From positions 1 to 64,000 of the forward strand of contig NIVC01000352.1 of NCBI GenBank assembly GCA_002269645.1: a stretch of 64,000 nt of DNA, in the 5' to 3' direction. The position numbers and the translations under genes are program-made. Shown here piece by piece: positions 44,084-55,999 of the stretch; within the stretch, counting starts at the first letter, position 1; the number at the start of each line of letters is the position of its first letter. The notes below the pieces were generated by a model, which saw nothing but the letters and a program-made list of their open reading frames with translations, was not told the origin of the DNA and searched no databases. Origin of the DNA: Macrostomum lignano. Its lineage: Eukaryota.

Positions 44084-47000
44084 TCAGGTGCAGGTGGCGG
44101 CAGCGCCATCCAATCGGATGGACACGAAGCCGTGATCGCCAGTCCACAGCAGGCCGGAGGCGCAGCCGCCCAGGCAGAAGGAGCCGCCACCGCCGCCGAC
44201 CTGACCGTAGCCGAGGCCGGCGCCGCCGCCGCTGAATCCGCCGCCAGCGCCGGGCGCGCCTTTGGCGGTCTCGGTTAAGCAGCCGGCTCCGCCGCCGCCG
44301 CCGAAGCCGCCATCGCCGACGCTATCGTTTCCGGCGCTGCCGCCGACCCAGCCGTCGTCCAGGCCGCCGCCTCGCTCGCCATCCAAGGAGCTCCGTCTCG
44401 GGTTGACCGCCTTGCCCAGCCAGCCGGCGCCGCAGCCGCCGTGGTTCGATCCCAGTGGACTGCTTGCTGGGTTGTTGAATCCCGGCTGGCCGTTAGCGCC
44501 CCCGAATCCATAGATGCTTAGGTCTGGGCTGGCGCCTTTACTGTCTGAGCCGTTTACTCCGAGTTCACCGGGACTTCCTGATCAAAAACAATATTTTTGT
44601 GGGGTTTTCATGAATTACACCATGGACAGGGACGGTTTGCGCTTGCAACACGCATTGGCGAGATGGGAAGTTTTCAGTTCTTCAGCACTGAATTCCCAAT
44701 TTCTCACCTGCTGGACTTCCGAATTTCAGATGCAGACAGCAGGTGTTTTGTCCGTTGTGATTTCTAAACAGTGTTGCCCGTACACCGTTCAAATCTCTGA
44801 CCCTCAGTTGTACAATGCCTTCCCCCGTCACATATATCTTGGCGCTCAAGGCCATGGATGAAGGAATACTATGGATTGCTCATTTGAAATGCGTCTAATG
44901 GTCAATTTGGCCTTCTCAAAACTTGGAATTTACCCCCGTACTAACGCTATTGGCTGATGAAATCTATTCATAATCAAGAAAGGGAAATCCGAGAATTCAA
45001 ACGTTCATGTTTTAGATCTTCACCCGCGCTCTTTCAATGTAAACTCCAGTCGAACTCCTAGGGGGGGACTATTAATAGACTTCATCAGCCAATAGCGTTA
45101 GTACGGGGGTAAATTCCAGAACGCCGACCATAGGCACTCGGCAGATGATGAGCAATCCTTGTTATTCCTTCATCCATGCTCAAGGCCGCGTGGTGGCCAA
45201 GCCTTTTTTACCTCTAACCAAATCTACAAACAGATTTCCCAGAGATTTGCGTTTTGCACAGCGCTGACTGGGGTTTGGCCATAGACAAATCCGTCCAGAC
45301 AAAACACTGCAGAGACAGGAGCAGCTGCAATTTCGCCGCAACTTTGCTTGCTTGCCGGTCTCCGGCAGCAGTTCATGAAAAAACAGCTTGATAAACTTGT
45401 GAGCGCAGCTCGGACAAAACACCTGCTGACTGCATTTGCAATTCGGAAGTCCAGCAGGTGAGAAATTGGGAATTCAGTGCTGAAGAACTGAAAACTTCCC
45501 ATCTCGCCAATGAATTTCGCAGCGAAATTGAAGGATTTGAGAGTGCAGCGTCCTGCTGCTTCAGCTGTCCAAGTGTAGGTCATTGTGGGATAAGATTCGT
45601 GAAATGAAATGTACACCCAAGTTTGCAGCTAAGTTTGCTGTACTTGGAATTGAACAGTTGGGCGTACAGAAATTTTTATCATACCTTCGCAATTAAACGT
45701 CGAACCTCCGCCTCCTCCGGCAGCCATCAGCAGCATCCGGTCGGAGCTCCGGTACACAAAGCTGGCGCCGCCACCGCCGCCGCCCTCGAATTGCTGCCTA
45801 CCGGAGCCGCCCATCTGACCAACAACAATAGTCAGCTGAGTGCCAACTGTCAGGTTCACTCTGGCGCTCACGCGGGCACCCGGGCCGCCCAGAGTGCCCG
45901 ATCCGGTGTTTCGGCCGCCCCTGGCGCCGGCAGTTTCGATCAGGTAGCAGCCGGTCATCTCTATCCAAGCGTATTGGAGTGTGCCGTTCCTGCCGGCGCT
46001 GCTGTCTGCAATGCATTGTTCGAGATCCCACACAAGGCGCTGTGCTTCACGCATTGTTAACTGAAGTTTCAATCTGCTACCACTGGATTCTATCCGCATA
46101 CTTTCTGCTGAAGCGTTCATACGGAAAAAGGGTAAGAAAGGAGCACAAAAAATCCATCAATTTTGCCCTGCATTCCACCTAATTACAACCACTTTCAAGT
46201 CGGAGAAATCGCTTTTTTCGCGACGATACTTGACAATTGATGACAAAAGACAATTTATGTCGTCATAACCTCGATCATTGCCACTTTCAAGCGGATGTAA
46301 TGGACTTCTTGGCCATCACCAGCGTTTTCAGCAGCATCATCGGCAGCAGGAAAGCAGTTTCCTTTCACTCCTTCTACTAGATTTGACCAGCTTTTTAGTA
46401 GTTTAATACCAAATTTAGCAACACAGGATGGCGAGTTTCATGCTTAAGCGATTGAAAAACTTTACAGAAAAACATTCTAGTTAAAAACGCTCACTTTCGA
46501 AGCGTAAATGCGGAATCCACACGCCCCAGTCGAGCGGCCTCCACGCAATCCTACCGGCCTTGGACAGGATCGTCACGGCTTGTTGGCCAGATGAGTTGTG
46601 CGCACTGGCAGCTGGTAGCAATGAGATGGCGTGGCACACGCTCTCTGCCTCGAAGACCACCGCGGTGCAGTCCGCCTTCTCGCAGCCGGCCAGGCACTCC
46701 AACTGTAGGCTGAAATTCATTGAGACGATCCGGGAATTGTTTTTGCCAATGTTCAGATTGAGCAGTTCGATCTCGAACTCCGTGCACACCGAGTACCGCC
46801 GTCCAATCGCATGTGGGGCCGCATTCGCACCTGCTGATGGGTATTGGAAGTGTTTTATTGTATTTCTATAAACGGCGGTAATGCACCTGACTCTCGCGCC
46901 ACGATCCCTGGTTCGACTCTGTGCGCAAATACATTCATTTGATTCATATTGAAAATCAATGAGGGCCAACCCCCATGGCACAGAGAGTGTACATACCTGA

Positions 47001-47532
47001 CGATTAGAGAATCAGGGCCGCTGTACACCCTGTGTGAGCGTCTGTATGAGTTGCGTGCCTGAGTACAGCAGTGGTACGCTTGCATGTGCTCAGGACTCAG
47101 CGGAATGGCCAGAATTGCCTCAGCGCGCTGGTTGTGGGACGATGTCGCCGAAGGCGTTGCGTCAGGGTGCCCCCAACTTTCTTGCCAGTTTTTTTCTCAA
47201 CGCAAGTCAAGGCGAAAGTCGGCAGCAAGGAGACAGGCAGGTCATGCATATCCCACTGACCCCTGAGCACACACTCGGTTGAGTACGCAGACTGGGCGTA
47301 CAGCGGCCCTGACTTTCTCGTCATTACGAATCTACACGCTGTGCCCTGAGGTTCGGCCCTCTGATCCTGGGCCTGAATTGCATAATATGCCCATGGCCAA
47401 TCTTGGATCAAGAAGCCTGAAGCCTCAACTTGGCACAGGAACCCTGGCGCTACTCCAGACATACATGAGTTATCGCTTCGACTCACCGACAAGTTGAAAA
47501 GCAACCGCACACAGCAGGATGTCAGACAGCAT
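44084..47532 (-). CDS. Secreted PAN/Apple + ALK/LTK-type glycine-rich domain protein, about 433 aa
   Basis: Exons 47532-47487 (in-frame upstream ATG at 47577), 46833-46495, 46107-45685, 44577-44084, all phase 1, GT-AG. Signal MLSDILLCAVAFQLVAGANA; PAN-like ECLAGCEKADCTAVVF...C; GR motifs YLIETAGARGG, IVVGQMG, GGGGGASFV, LMAAGGGGG, GFGGGGG, GGGFSGG, GGGGGSF, HGFVSI; no TM or kinase. Confidence 0.85.
44653..45512. mobile_element. Foldback/nested MITE structure with three layers of inverted repeats, inside an intron
   Basis: Outer arms 44653-44755 / 45411-45512 (about 100 bp, near-identical), middle arms 44853-44883 / 45148-45178, inner arms from 44925 / to 45117. Confidence 0.8.
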
Positions 47533-47904
47533 CACTGTGTTTTGTGTTGAATGCCTTGGAAAACTCTGCAGTCGCATTTATCGCAATGAGAGATGGTGCG
47601 GCTGCTGCCGGATTGTAGGCTTTTATTTTCTAAATGCCAACAGTCTTCGATCGGGACAAGGTTGTCTTCTCTCTGCCCCCCTAGCAACGGACAAAATTTT
47701 CAATTCTCAATTATTTGGCGTTGGCAAATAGGCAACTATGAAATTTTGTGTCGAGCTTTGTCACGCTAATGCTGTTGCTGTGGCTAATTGCAGATGGGGG
47801 CAATAAATTAATTAAATTGAAGCAATTTTTTAAATGAAATAATTTTTGCAAACTACATTGGGAGTTCGCATCCTTGCTATTATTATCAATACAACCTAGA
47901 GGTA

Positions 47905-48160
47905 GAAGTGAGCTTCAGGACACTTTTGATGTACATGTAGAGAGTGAGATTCAGGACACTTTTGATGTACATGTAGAGAGTGAGATTCAGGGCACTTTTG
48001 ATGTACATGTAGAGAGTGAGATTCAGGGCACTTTTGATGTACATGTAGAGAGTGAGATTCAGGACACAACTATGTGTAGAGAGTGAGATTCAGGACACAA
48101 CTATGTGTAGAGAGTGAGATTCAGGACACAACTATGTGTAGAGAGTGAGATTCTGGACAC
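47905..48160. repeat. 36/31-bp minisatellite with core GAGAGTGAGATTCAGGACAC
   Basis: Direct; related array at 49240-49435. Confidence 0.9.
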
Positions 48161-48600
48161 CGTTTAAGATCGACAGTTAAATTCAAATGAAATTTGGACT
48201 TCAAATATGCATGTAGTTTCACAGTGTTACACATTTTAGTCCCCTGAATAGCAGTTTTATGCTTGCATTCAAGTTTAAATACTCGTAGCTGGGACAAAAA
48301 TACTCCAAGAGCCGGTCAATCCAATGTAAAACATCAGTGCGAATTTACCAAGCTGTTCCTCTCTCTCCCTCTAGAGTCGTTTATTAAATTTCGTACTCGT
48401 ATTGCCACAATTGCTGAGTGAGTCAATGCTATAGCGTTTGCTTATACAGTCACTTTTTCAGCCAGAATAAATGAACCAATTGGCTTTGGTTGATAAGGCA
48501 CGACCGTCGTTGAGCTGTAGATTATTTAAATTTTGCTTTACAGGCCGCGATGATAACTGAAATTCTAGTCTTCAACTTTATTCTGTTTTCAAATGAAAAA

Positions 48601-48924
48601 ATGTCGAAGATGAGTAGTCTGCTCATTGTGCTTCAGTCGTTGGTTCTCACGGCAACTCTGCTGTCAGCGGAAGACTTCAACGGCCCGTGCTTCGACGCAA
48701 GAGAATTCTGCCAGGACGCCAAGCACGCTGGCTTCCAGTTCTCGCCCGACGGCTGTAACTCGTGCCAGTGCACAGAGGAGGGCGGCGGCCTGGACACCTG
48801 CACCATGATGCACTGTCCTGCCCGGTTCCGGGACGAGCTAGAATGGGCTGTCCACTGCGAGACGGCGAAGAGCAAGGCGGAGAAGGGAGAGCTGTACTTG
48901 ATTAACCTGCGGGAGGATCTTTGA
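48601..48924 (+). CDS. Small secreted cysteine-rich peptide with pacifastin-like inhibitor motif (107 aa)
   Basis: Signal MSKMSSLLIVLQSLVLTATLLSA; C-x14-CNSCQC-TEE-G-GGLDT-CTMMHC compared with pacifastin consensus C-x9-12-CNxCxC-x2-3-G-x3-6-CTx3C. Confidence 0.7.
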   Translation: MSKMSSLLIVLQSLVLTATLLSAEDFNGPCFDAREFCQDAKHAGFQFSPDGCNSCQCTEEGGGLDTCTMMHCPARFRDELEWAVHCETAKSKAEKGELYLINLREDL

Positions 48925-49239
48925 CTGTCCATGGCGGTTTTTTACTAATTTTGTGTTGCCTCGTAGTATATAGTATGAAATCTGGTGCATTAGTTTATGA
49001 TTAATAAATACATTAATATTGAATTGCGTATCCACAGCATGCATGTGGCCAATCCAACTGGTTTATTTTGTTTACCTGAGAGAGACTTTAGGGCAACAGA
49101 CAGTGAGATTTTGGACATAATTTGTGTCGGGAATTGAGATTTTGGCACAACAAAGGATGCAACTTTAGAGATAGGAGATCTCTAGTTGCATCCTTTAGAA
49201 GGAGATTTAAGAAGGAGGAGATTTACGACAGCTTTGAGA

Positions 49240-49435
49240 TAGAGAGTGAGATTCAGGACACAACTAGATGTAGAGACGGGAGATTCAGGACACAATTTGA
49301 TGTAGAGACTGGGAGATTCAGGACACAATTTTTTGTTGAGACGCGAGATTCAGGACACAATTTGATGTAGAGACGCGAGATTCAGGACACAATTTAATGT
49401 ATAGAGACGCGAGATCCAGGACACAATTTGATGTA
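49240..49435. repeat. About 32-bp minisatellite with core GAGATTCAGGACACAATTTGATGTA
   Basis: Direct. Confidence 0.88.
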
Positions 49436-49515
49436 TATACGTCGATGAAATAAGGAACCATATCGTAAAAACAGAACGTCTTATAAAGAGCGTTGCTATC
49501 ACTGGTTTGGTGTCT

Positions 49516-51985
49516 ATGGTCGTGGTCGCTTCGGCTCCATCTTATGCTTTGCACTCAAACAGAATCGCCATTAGAGATCAGAGCGGCGGTATTGACCTCT
49601 CCCCATCGCGCCGCTCAGAATCATATCAGGCAGACATCATGCAGTCCGGATCGGGCGGCTGGCTTTCCCAAACTATGCAGGAATCTGCCAGCGGCCTGTG
49701 GCATCAGCAACAGCAGCAGCCGTATCAGCCAGAGTCAATTTATCAGCCTGACTCTATCTATCAGTATCAGGAAGAGTTCTCTACGAGACCGCCGACCGAA
49801 CTTGGATCGGCCCAGCTCGGTGACCCGCTAGCCTACCCTCAGTATCAGTTTTCCTACCTGGACACCTGGCAACAATCCAACTGCCAGCAAAGCTGTCAAG
49901 AACTAATCTACCAGCAGCCAAACTGCCAACAACAACAACAACAACAACAACCAAACTGCCACCAGAGCTATCAATCCACTTGTCAATCCGACTTGAAAGC
50001 TCTGTACAATCGGCAGTGGGAGTGCGACTTGTACAGCCTGACCGAACAGCCGCTGGCCGAGGTGTCCATCTCGGACGCTGATTGTCCGGTGTGCCAGTGG
50101 GACCGGCAGTTCACCCGCACCCGGGAGCCGCCAGACCAGCTGCCCGCCGGACCGTCAACAGCCGACTGGGCATCGGCAAGTCAGCATTTACCGCGCATCG
50201 ATGGCGCCAGTAAAATTCTGGTATCATTCAACTCTAGGCTGGCTGCAATCTATATTGAAGAGGCCGCCGGGCACCGCGCCGGCGCATCGGCGGGGGCTGG
50301 CGGAGGCGCGAATAGTGGCGACGAAAGACGTGCTAGAAGCTCCGGTAGTCAAGTAGCTGGCGATGTCACGAGTGTTGGCGCGGCTGGAAGCGGAGTCGGA
50401 GGCGGCATGTCGATTCCCGCTTCGGATGCGCTGCGAACTCCTGGGTGAGAAATGCGTGAGATGCAGGAGCTCCTTGGCTCAAAAACATAGCCGTAGCAAT
50501 TGTCAATTGCATTTAAACACTTCATGAACATTTGAAGAGTCAAAATCATAGAGAAATCAGTGGATAACTTTTCAGTTTTGCTTTTACAAAACATCAGTCA
50601 TGAACCATAGTTTTATCCGGAACCGTAAAGCCAGGTCGTTCGCAAATTTTATCATTTGAGGAACACGCTATGGCTCGTAATTGAGAAGGGTCGGCCTTTC
50701 AGTGCTACATTCAACAACGATATTTTTTCATTTCCCAATTGCAGACAACTGGCTACTTCAAGCCGAAGAGAAGAGCCAGCTGATGCCAGTTGTGAGTAAA
50801 TATGAGCTATACGTCTTCTGGATCAACTAGCTATTATGCACGTGCGCACCGTTCAATAGCTTAATTCGCAAATAAAATACATTTTAATGTCTCCAGGATT
50901 GTCCAGGAAGGTCTGAGGAAAATTAATTGAGTGGTAGTCGAAAGATATATCTATAGTGAATTATATGGGATGAAAAACGTTTATAATAGACCCTCAGTTT
51001 CCATGGTATGCGTTGCGTTAGTGTCCGCAATCTCAGTTAGCAATTCGAGCGCGTCTAGAATTGGGCTGTCAGTTTCGAAACCCTTGATTCTTGTGCAGTC
51101 TTAGCGTCTCGAACAGCCAGCTCAGCGCTGCCGTATCGATGGCAGCCTCCACCACCGCCGCCGCCACAGCCGCCACCAGCGCCGCCACCAGCGCCGCCAC
51201 CACCACCGCCGCCGGCTGCTCGCTCTCAAGAGGTTGTCATGACACCGATGCCACAGTCGTCGGAGCCGGAATCGACGGATAGCGCTGATGCCACCGTCTC
51301 CTTTGCAGCGTTGGATAGGCAGCATCGTCGCCGATCCAGTCGACTGTCCGACGCTGTCACAAAGGCCGCCACCGCGGCAGCTGCAGCAGCTCCTGAGCGT
51401 CGCCAGCGGGACGTGACATTGCAGAGAACGTCGGAGCTCAGTTCGATGCTGCGAACTCCTTCAACCGGAGGCACGCCGCGTCCTTGGACGTCTGGTTCAG
51501 GCACTGCTACAACTGCGGCTGGAGCTGCTGCTGTCACGTCAACAGCTACTTCCCGCGTGACATCAACCACAGGAGGGGCGCGAATCTACGGAAGCGAGGG
51601 CAGCGAGGGCAGCGAAGGCGTTGGCGTTGGCGTCGGCGGCAGTGGCAGCGGCGACCGAGTCCCAGGCAAGACCACTATCCAGCTGTTGCGCTTCAAAACC
51701 CGGGACTTCGTTGGACCCGGCAAGGCGCCAAAACGTATTGAGCCGCCGCATTTCGTCAGTCAGCAACGCCCAGAGAATGTGGTGTCAAGAGGCGCTGCTG
51801 GTGACGGCTTCTCCAGGCCGCGGTCGCCGCAGACGCAACTGCAGAAGACCAACTTCTCGAATTCGGAGGTCGTCGACGAGTCGTCGAATTTGCCTCCAAG
51901 CGACGCGGCGGACAGACAGAAACAGATCATGGCAGATGCCATGCGCCTGGCCCGTCTCATCGAGGCCAGCTGGGGTTTGTTGTGA
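49516..51985 (+). CDS. 3-exon low-complexity protein (Q-rich, CxxC, polyproline), about 620 aa, unknown function
   Basis: Exons about 49516-50444, 50745-50791, 51099-51985 join in frame (phases 2 and 1, GTGAGA/GTGAGT donors), linking track ORFs 49507-50448 and 51239-51985. Start uncertain. Confidence 0.65.
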
Positions 51986-53326
51986 CACCCTCATCGGGCT
52001 CGAACTGCTTTCAATAAGGTACACGTACTACTCGACTGTTCTTCTTAACTAGAAGATCTATAGAAAAATATGACTCAACATGCCAATCTTGGGCCTCGTG
52101 CAGAGCTTTTTGTTGAGCTTAGAAATAAAGCTGGAGATTTTGATTGTTCTAAAGTCTGTTTTGGTAAAAGAATTTCAAAAAAATTGGCTCTGACGGAGCC
52201 ACCGGGAATGTTTGTCACGGGGACTTTTTCATTTTTATCATATCGTTCTGTCTCTCACCATCGTCACTTGTGTAAATTGCTTCTAACTTTATTAGAACTT
52301 TACTTTCATATCATATCGCATAGTGTTTATGCTGTGGTAAACCTATATTAAATTTGTTCGCTTGCTTAGACACCAAACGAGCTATTATTATTACATATTT
52401 ACTTTTTCCCACGTATTTACATTGAAAAATATACCTAATGAAGCTGTGTAACATCAGACGAATTTCTATACAAATTTATAACTTTAAATAACAAACTACT
52501 CGTACCAACGCTGCGACATAGCAGGATAAACACACTGTGAAGAGACGAGCTGCAGATCAAGAAAATTTCATTTATGTCACAAATACATAAACAATTTTCC
52601 ATATAGGATAGAGTAACAAGCATGCATGCATGTACATGTACTTTATGCATAGTCCCTTCTACATAGATACTGCTATTATGAATTGCTATTATGAAATATT
52701 ATGAAAAACTGCTGTTATGAATTAGTTTCTATTATGTACATGTTTCGTAATTCCTATATTTTGGTGCGGGCATATTCATGCAATTCCAGGATATGGTTTG
52801 TCCTTCTTTTGGTTTGGATTGCAACGTCATCAATAATAGGAATAATCGTGATTATCTGACTTAATTCACTGTCTACATATGGCAACATTAAAACTATATT
52901 GGCACTTCTGAATGCCCTAAATGTTTTGTCCCTAAGATTTTTGCCTTTTTTCCTCGACTTTGTCTACAGTGTACACGCAGCTTGGTCCTTTGTACACGTG
53001 TACTTTAATAAGCGTTTAAAATTTAAATCACCCAGAATTTGCAACCAAGCTGATGTATAATTTCGTAATTTTATTATTTTGGGATCATTTTACCACACAA
53101 TTAAAAAAAACAGTCACTTAATTTGTGCTCTGTTTGATCATTGAGTCACACTGAATTTGATAGTACTTTCATTTTTGTTTAAATGTAAGGTTTAATTTTC
53201 CGCGTGTTAAATTGAACTGAATTAACTATAACTGGATATGCTACAAATGAAAAAAGAGTCAGAAAAGAGCTCACTGGTGTAGCTAAAATATATGAAGTCA
53301 TGTATAGCTAAAACAGTTATGCAAAC

Positions 53327-53432
53327 TGAAACAGATATATCAGCAGTGTAATAAATCCGCTTTTCAGTTGTTTATTCATTGAAACAGATATATCAGCAGT
53401 GTAATAAATCCGCTTTTCAGTTGTTTATTCAT
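53327..53432. repeat. 53-bp direct duplication
   Basis: TGAAACAGATATATCAGCAGTGTAATAAATCCGCTTTTCAGTTGTTTATTCAT twice. Confidence 0.9.
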
Positions 53433-54751
53433 TTACTGTCTTTTTAATTTCCTTTTTAATTCGATATTTCATTGCGATACTGTATCACGCGCTTTCAAAA
53501 ATACTATATCTTTTTTTACAAAAATCGCCTATTATTGAGAACAATCCTCAATTATACTAGATATTTGTTATATTGACAAAATAATATTTAACTACCTTTT
53601 CTGAATCGCATTTTAGAAGAATCGTTTCAAACATTAAGGTCATATATATACAACATCGATTTTCTATTTTTCCCTGCTTAGATTCTTGCTGCTTCCGTCG
53701 TTAGTCGTTAATCGGCTAAAAAACCGTAAAAAATTCTTAACGCCCTTTCAAATGACCTTACTTAATACAAATATCGTGTAGTACTCGTTTTCAGCGACCG
53801 TGTAAAATTTAACCTTTTGAATAAATAAATCGGATCATACTGGCATAACAGGCTCCTTAAGCCTGAGCCAAATTTACTACTACTAACTGAATTTAAAAAG
53901 CAAAGAATTTGTAAAAAACGTTATAGGCCTATATATTTTTTATATATATCGCGTTTGCTAGCCTAGCCCTAACTAACAAAAAAGTGACTTGAGGGCTAGA
54001 TTGAAGACTAGGCCTTAATACCTACCTAGCCAAACCATTTTAGTATGTTAGATATGTTTTAAGCCATATAGGCCCCCTTGTATAGAGGCAAGAGCATATA
54101 TCCTAAAATTTGTGGATGCCTTATTTATAAATTTTTATTATAGCCATAGCCTTAGGCATAGGGTCTATTATTATTTAGCACGTAGATAGCGCCTAGTATA
54201 GATTTATTTCCAAAAAATATTCTGTCACATACTAGGCCTATGCCAACTTCCTAACTATAAGAAGGCTAGACATGGATAAAAAGTTTTATGTTAGAAAGTT
54301 AAAGTTTAGAAGATTATTTTTGTATATATTCATACTTAAAAAATCACATAATATAATAGCTATATAAAAATAATAATGTTGGTACATTTTGCCAATGCCT
54401 AACAGTCTAAAGAAGTAATTAATTAGTCATTAGATTTAGGCCTAAGTTAGAATATTATATTGTACATTCCATTTATAGTCTAGATTATACTATTACTAGG
54501 TCCATGCCCAAATAAAATCAAATAGTTACAAATATACATGCCAAAAAATGAGTGCATAGGCCTATCTATACTCTCAAATCTAGATTAGTCTTATAAAAAT
54601 AGATGACTTTTCAATCTTTTTTCTATTTTACACTTAACTTTTCTATGCCTGTATAGAAAAAGTTGTAAAATTGCAGATGGCATTTGGTATACTTCTGAAT
54701 TTTTTCTAAAGCATAGTACTGCCTTTTCCTACTGGCTACTGCTCCAGCAAA

Positions 54752-55460
54752 TCTCTACCTATAAAAATCAAAACTCTGTCTGTGTGTATGTGTGTGTGTA
54801 TCTATGTACAAATTTGATCACTATGGACTCCCAAACCATTCAACCAAATGACACCAAATTTTACACCCACCCTAAAATGGCTACAGAGAATGTCTTAGGC
54901 TACTTTTAAATTTCCTAAATTTGAGTCTTCCCACCTAAAAGTGCATAAAACTGCTCAAAATGTGCAATTTTTTCACTAAATTCTTCATAGCAGCGCTCCA
55001 CTTCTACTGATTCTCTTCAAAGTTGACACAGTTAATCTTTAACTATTTTGACACAATCGTGTAAAATTTTCAGTTTCAAAGTTAATCCTAAATGGCACTG
55101 TGCACTTTAAAGTTAGGCTGCTTTTTTCAGCGAGATAGCCATCCCAACCTCTGTCTGCTTGCCTCTCTTTCCCTTATCTGGAAAGATATGTAAAAGGGGT
55201 TTTAAAATTGACTAACTTTCAGCTGCCATAAGTTTGCTCCACGGGAAGCGATTAACTTCAAACTTGACACAATTCTGCATTGACTTATTCTCTGTCTAAA
55301 TGTAAAGTCTCAACTCTGTAACTCAACTCAAACAGAACAGAAACTGTAAGCATGTGAAATTTGTCTGCTTTTTCTGTTGTTTGTGGCGCAGTGGCGCTCA
55401 CTCATTCATTCCCCCAGCCTAGACGAAGGGTCAGGCAATAGGGCTCAATGTACATAGCGA
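54752..55460 (+). mobile_element. Possible non-autonomous Helitron-like element
   Basis: Begins A|TCTCTACCTATAAAAA followed by TGTCTGTGTGT microsatellite; GC hairpin GCCTAGAC-GAAGG-GTCAGGC near 55418-55437; no clean CTRR end. Confidence 0.3.
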
Positions 55461-55999
55461 ATATACAGTGTTTTGGAATCACTTTAATAGCCTTCTCTGC
55501 ACCCTGCAAGTGGAGAGGCGTGGAGAGGAGAGACAGTTTAGCAAGAGATTCAAACCAATGTCCTCTGTATAGACAGTCTACAGCAGTTTAACAGTGGATG
55601 GCAATTGGCAAATCAAGGCGATATGGATGGTTTGTAAAAAAAGCAAAAAAATAATTAATAACTGATTACAATGCAATCCTACTAAATTAGTTACGCATAC
55701 CATGAAAAGTTCAATATTAAGTTAGCATAAGGTACTTTAAAATTTAAATGGCTCCTAAGAAATGCATATTTCCTTGGTTGTTAGACTGCTGCAGACTGTG
55801 GTAGAGCTGGAGTTACACAACTTCATCTCAGGGCTGCTAATTGGCCAGAAAGATGACATTATTAAAGTGTGAGAAATGATAACAACCATGATAGTACTAT
55901 GTCCCACAAACTAGCTTTCAAAGCAAGGATTGGCAGATTTTTTATGTCAAAGGCCAGATAAAGAATCAAGCTCATGGCTGCGGGCCAGATGAGAGTGAA

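Noticed and set aside
44262-44513. Proline-rich plus-strand ORF
   Set aside because: Antisense of the polyglycine exon of the PAN-GR gene.
44514-45616. ORFs 44514-44861 (+) and 45224-45616 (-) sharing peptide-like text
   Set aside because: They read through the arms of the intronic inverted repeat and the antisense of a real exon; not genes.
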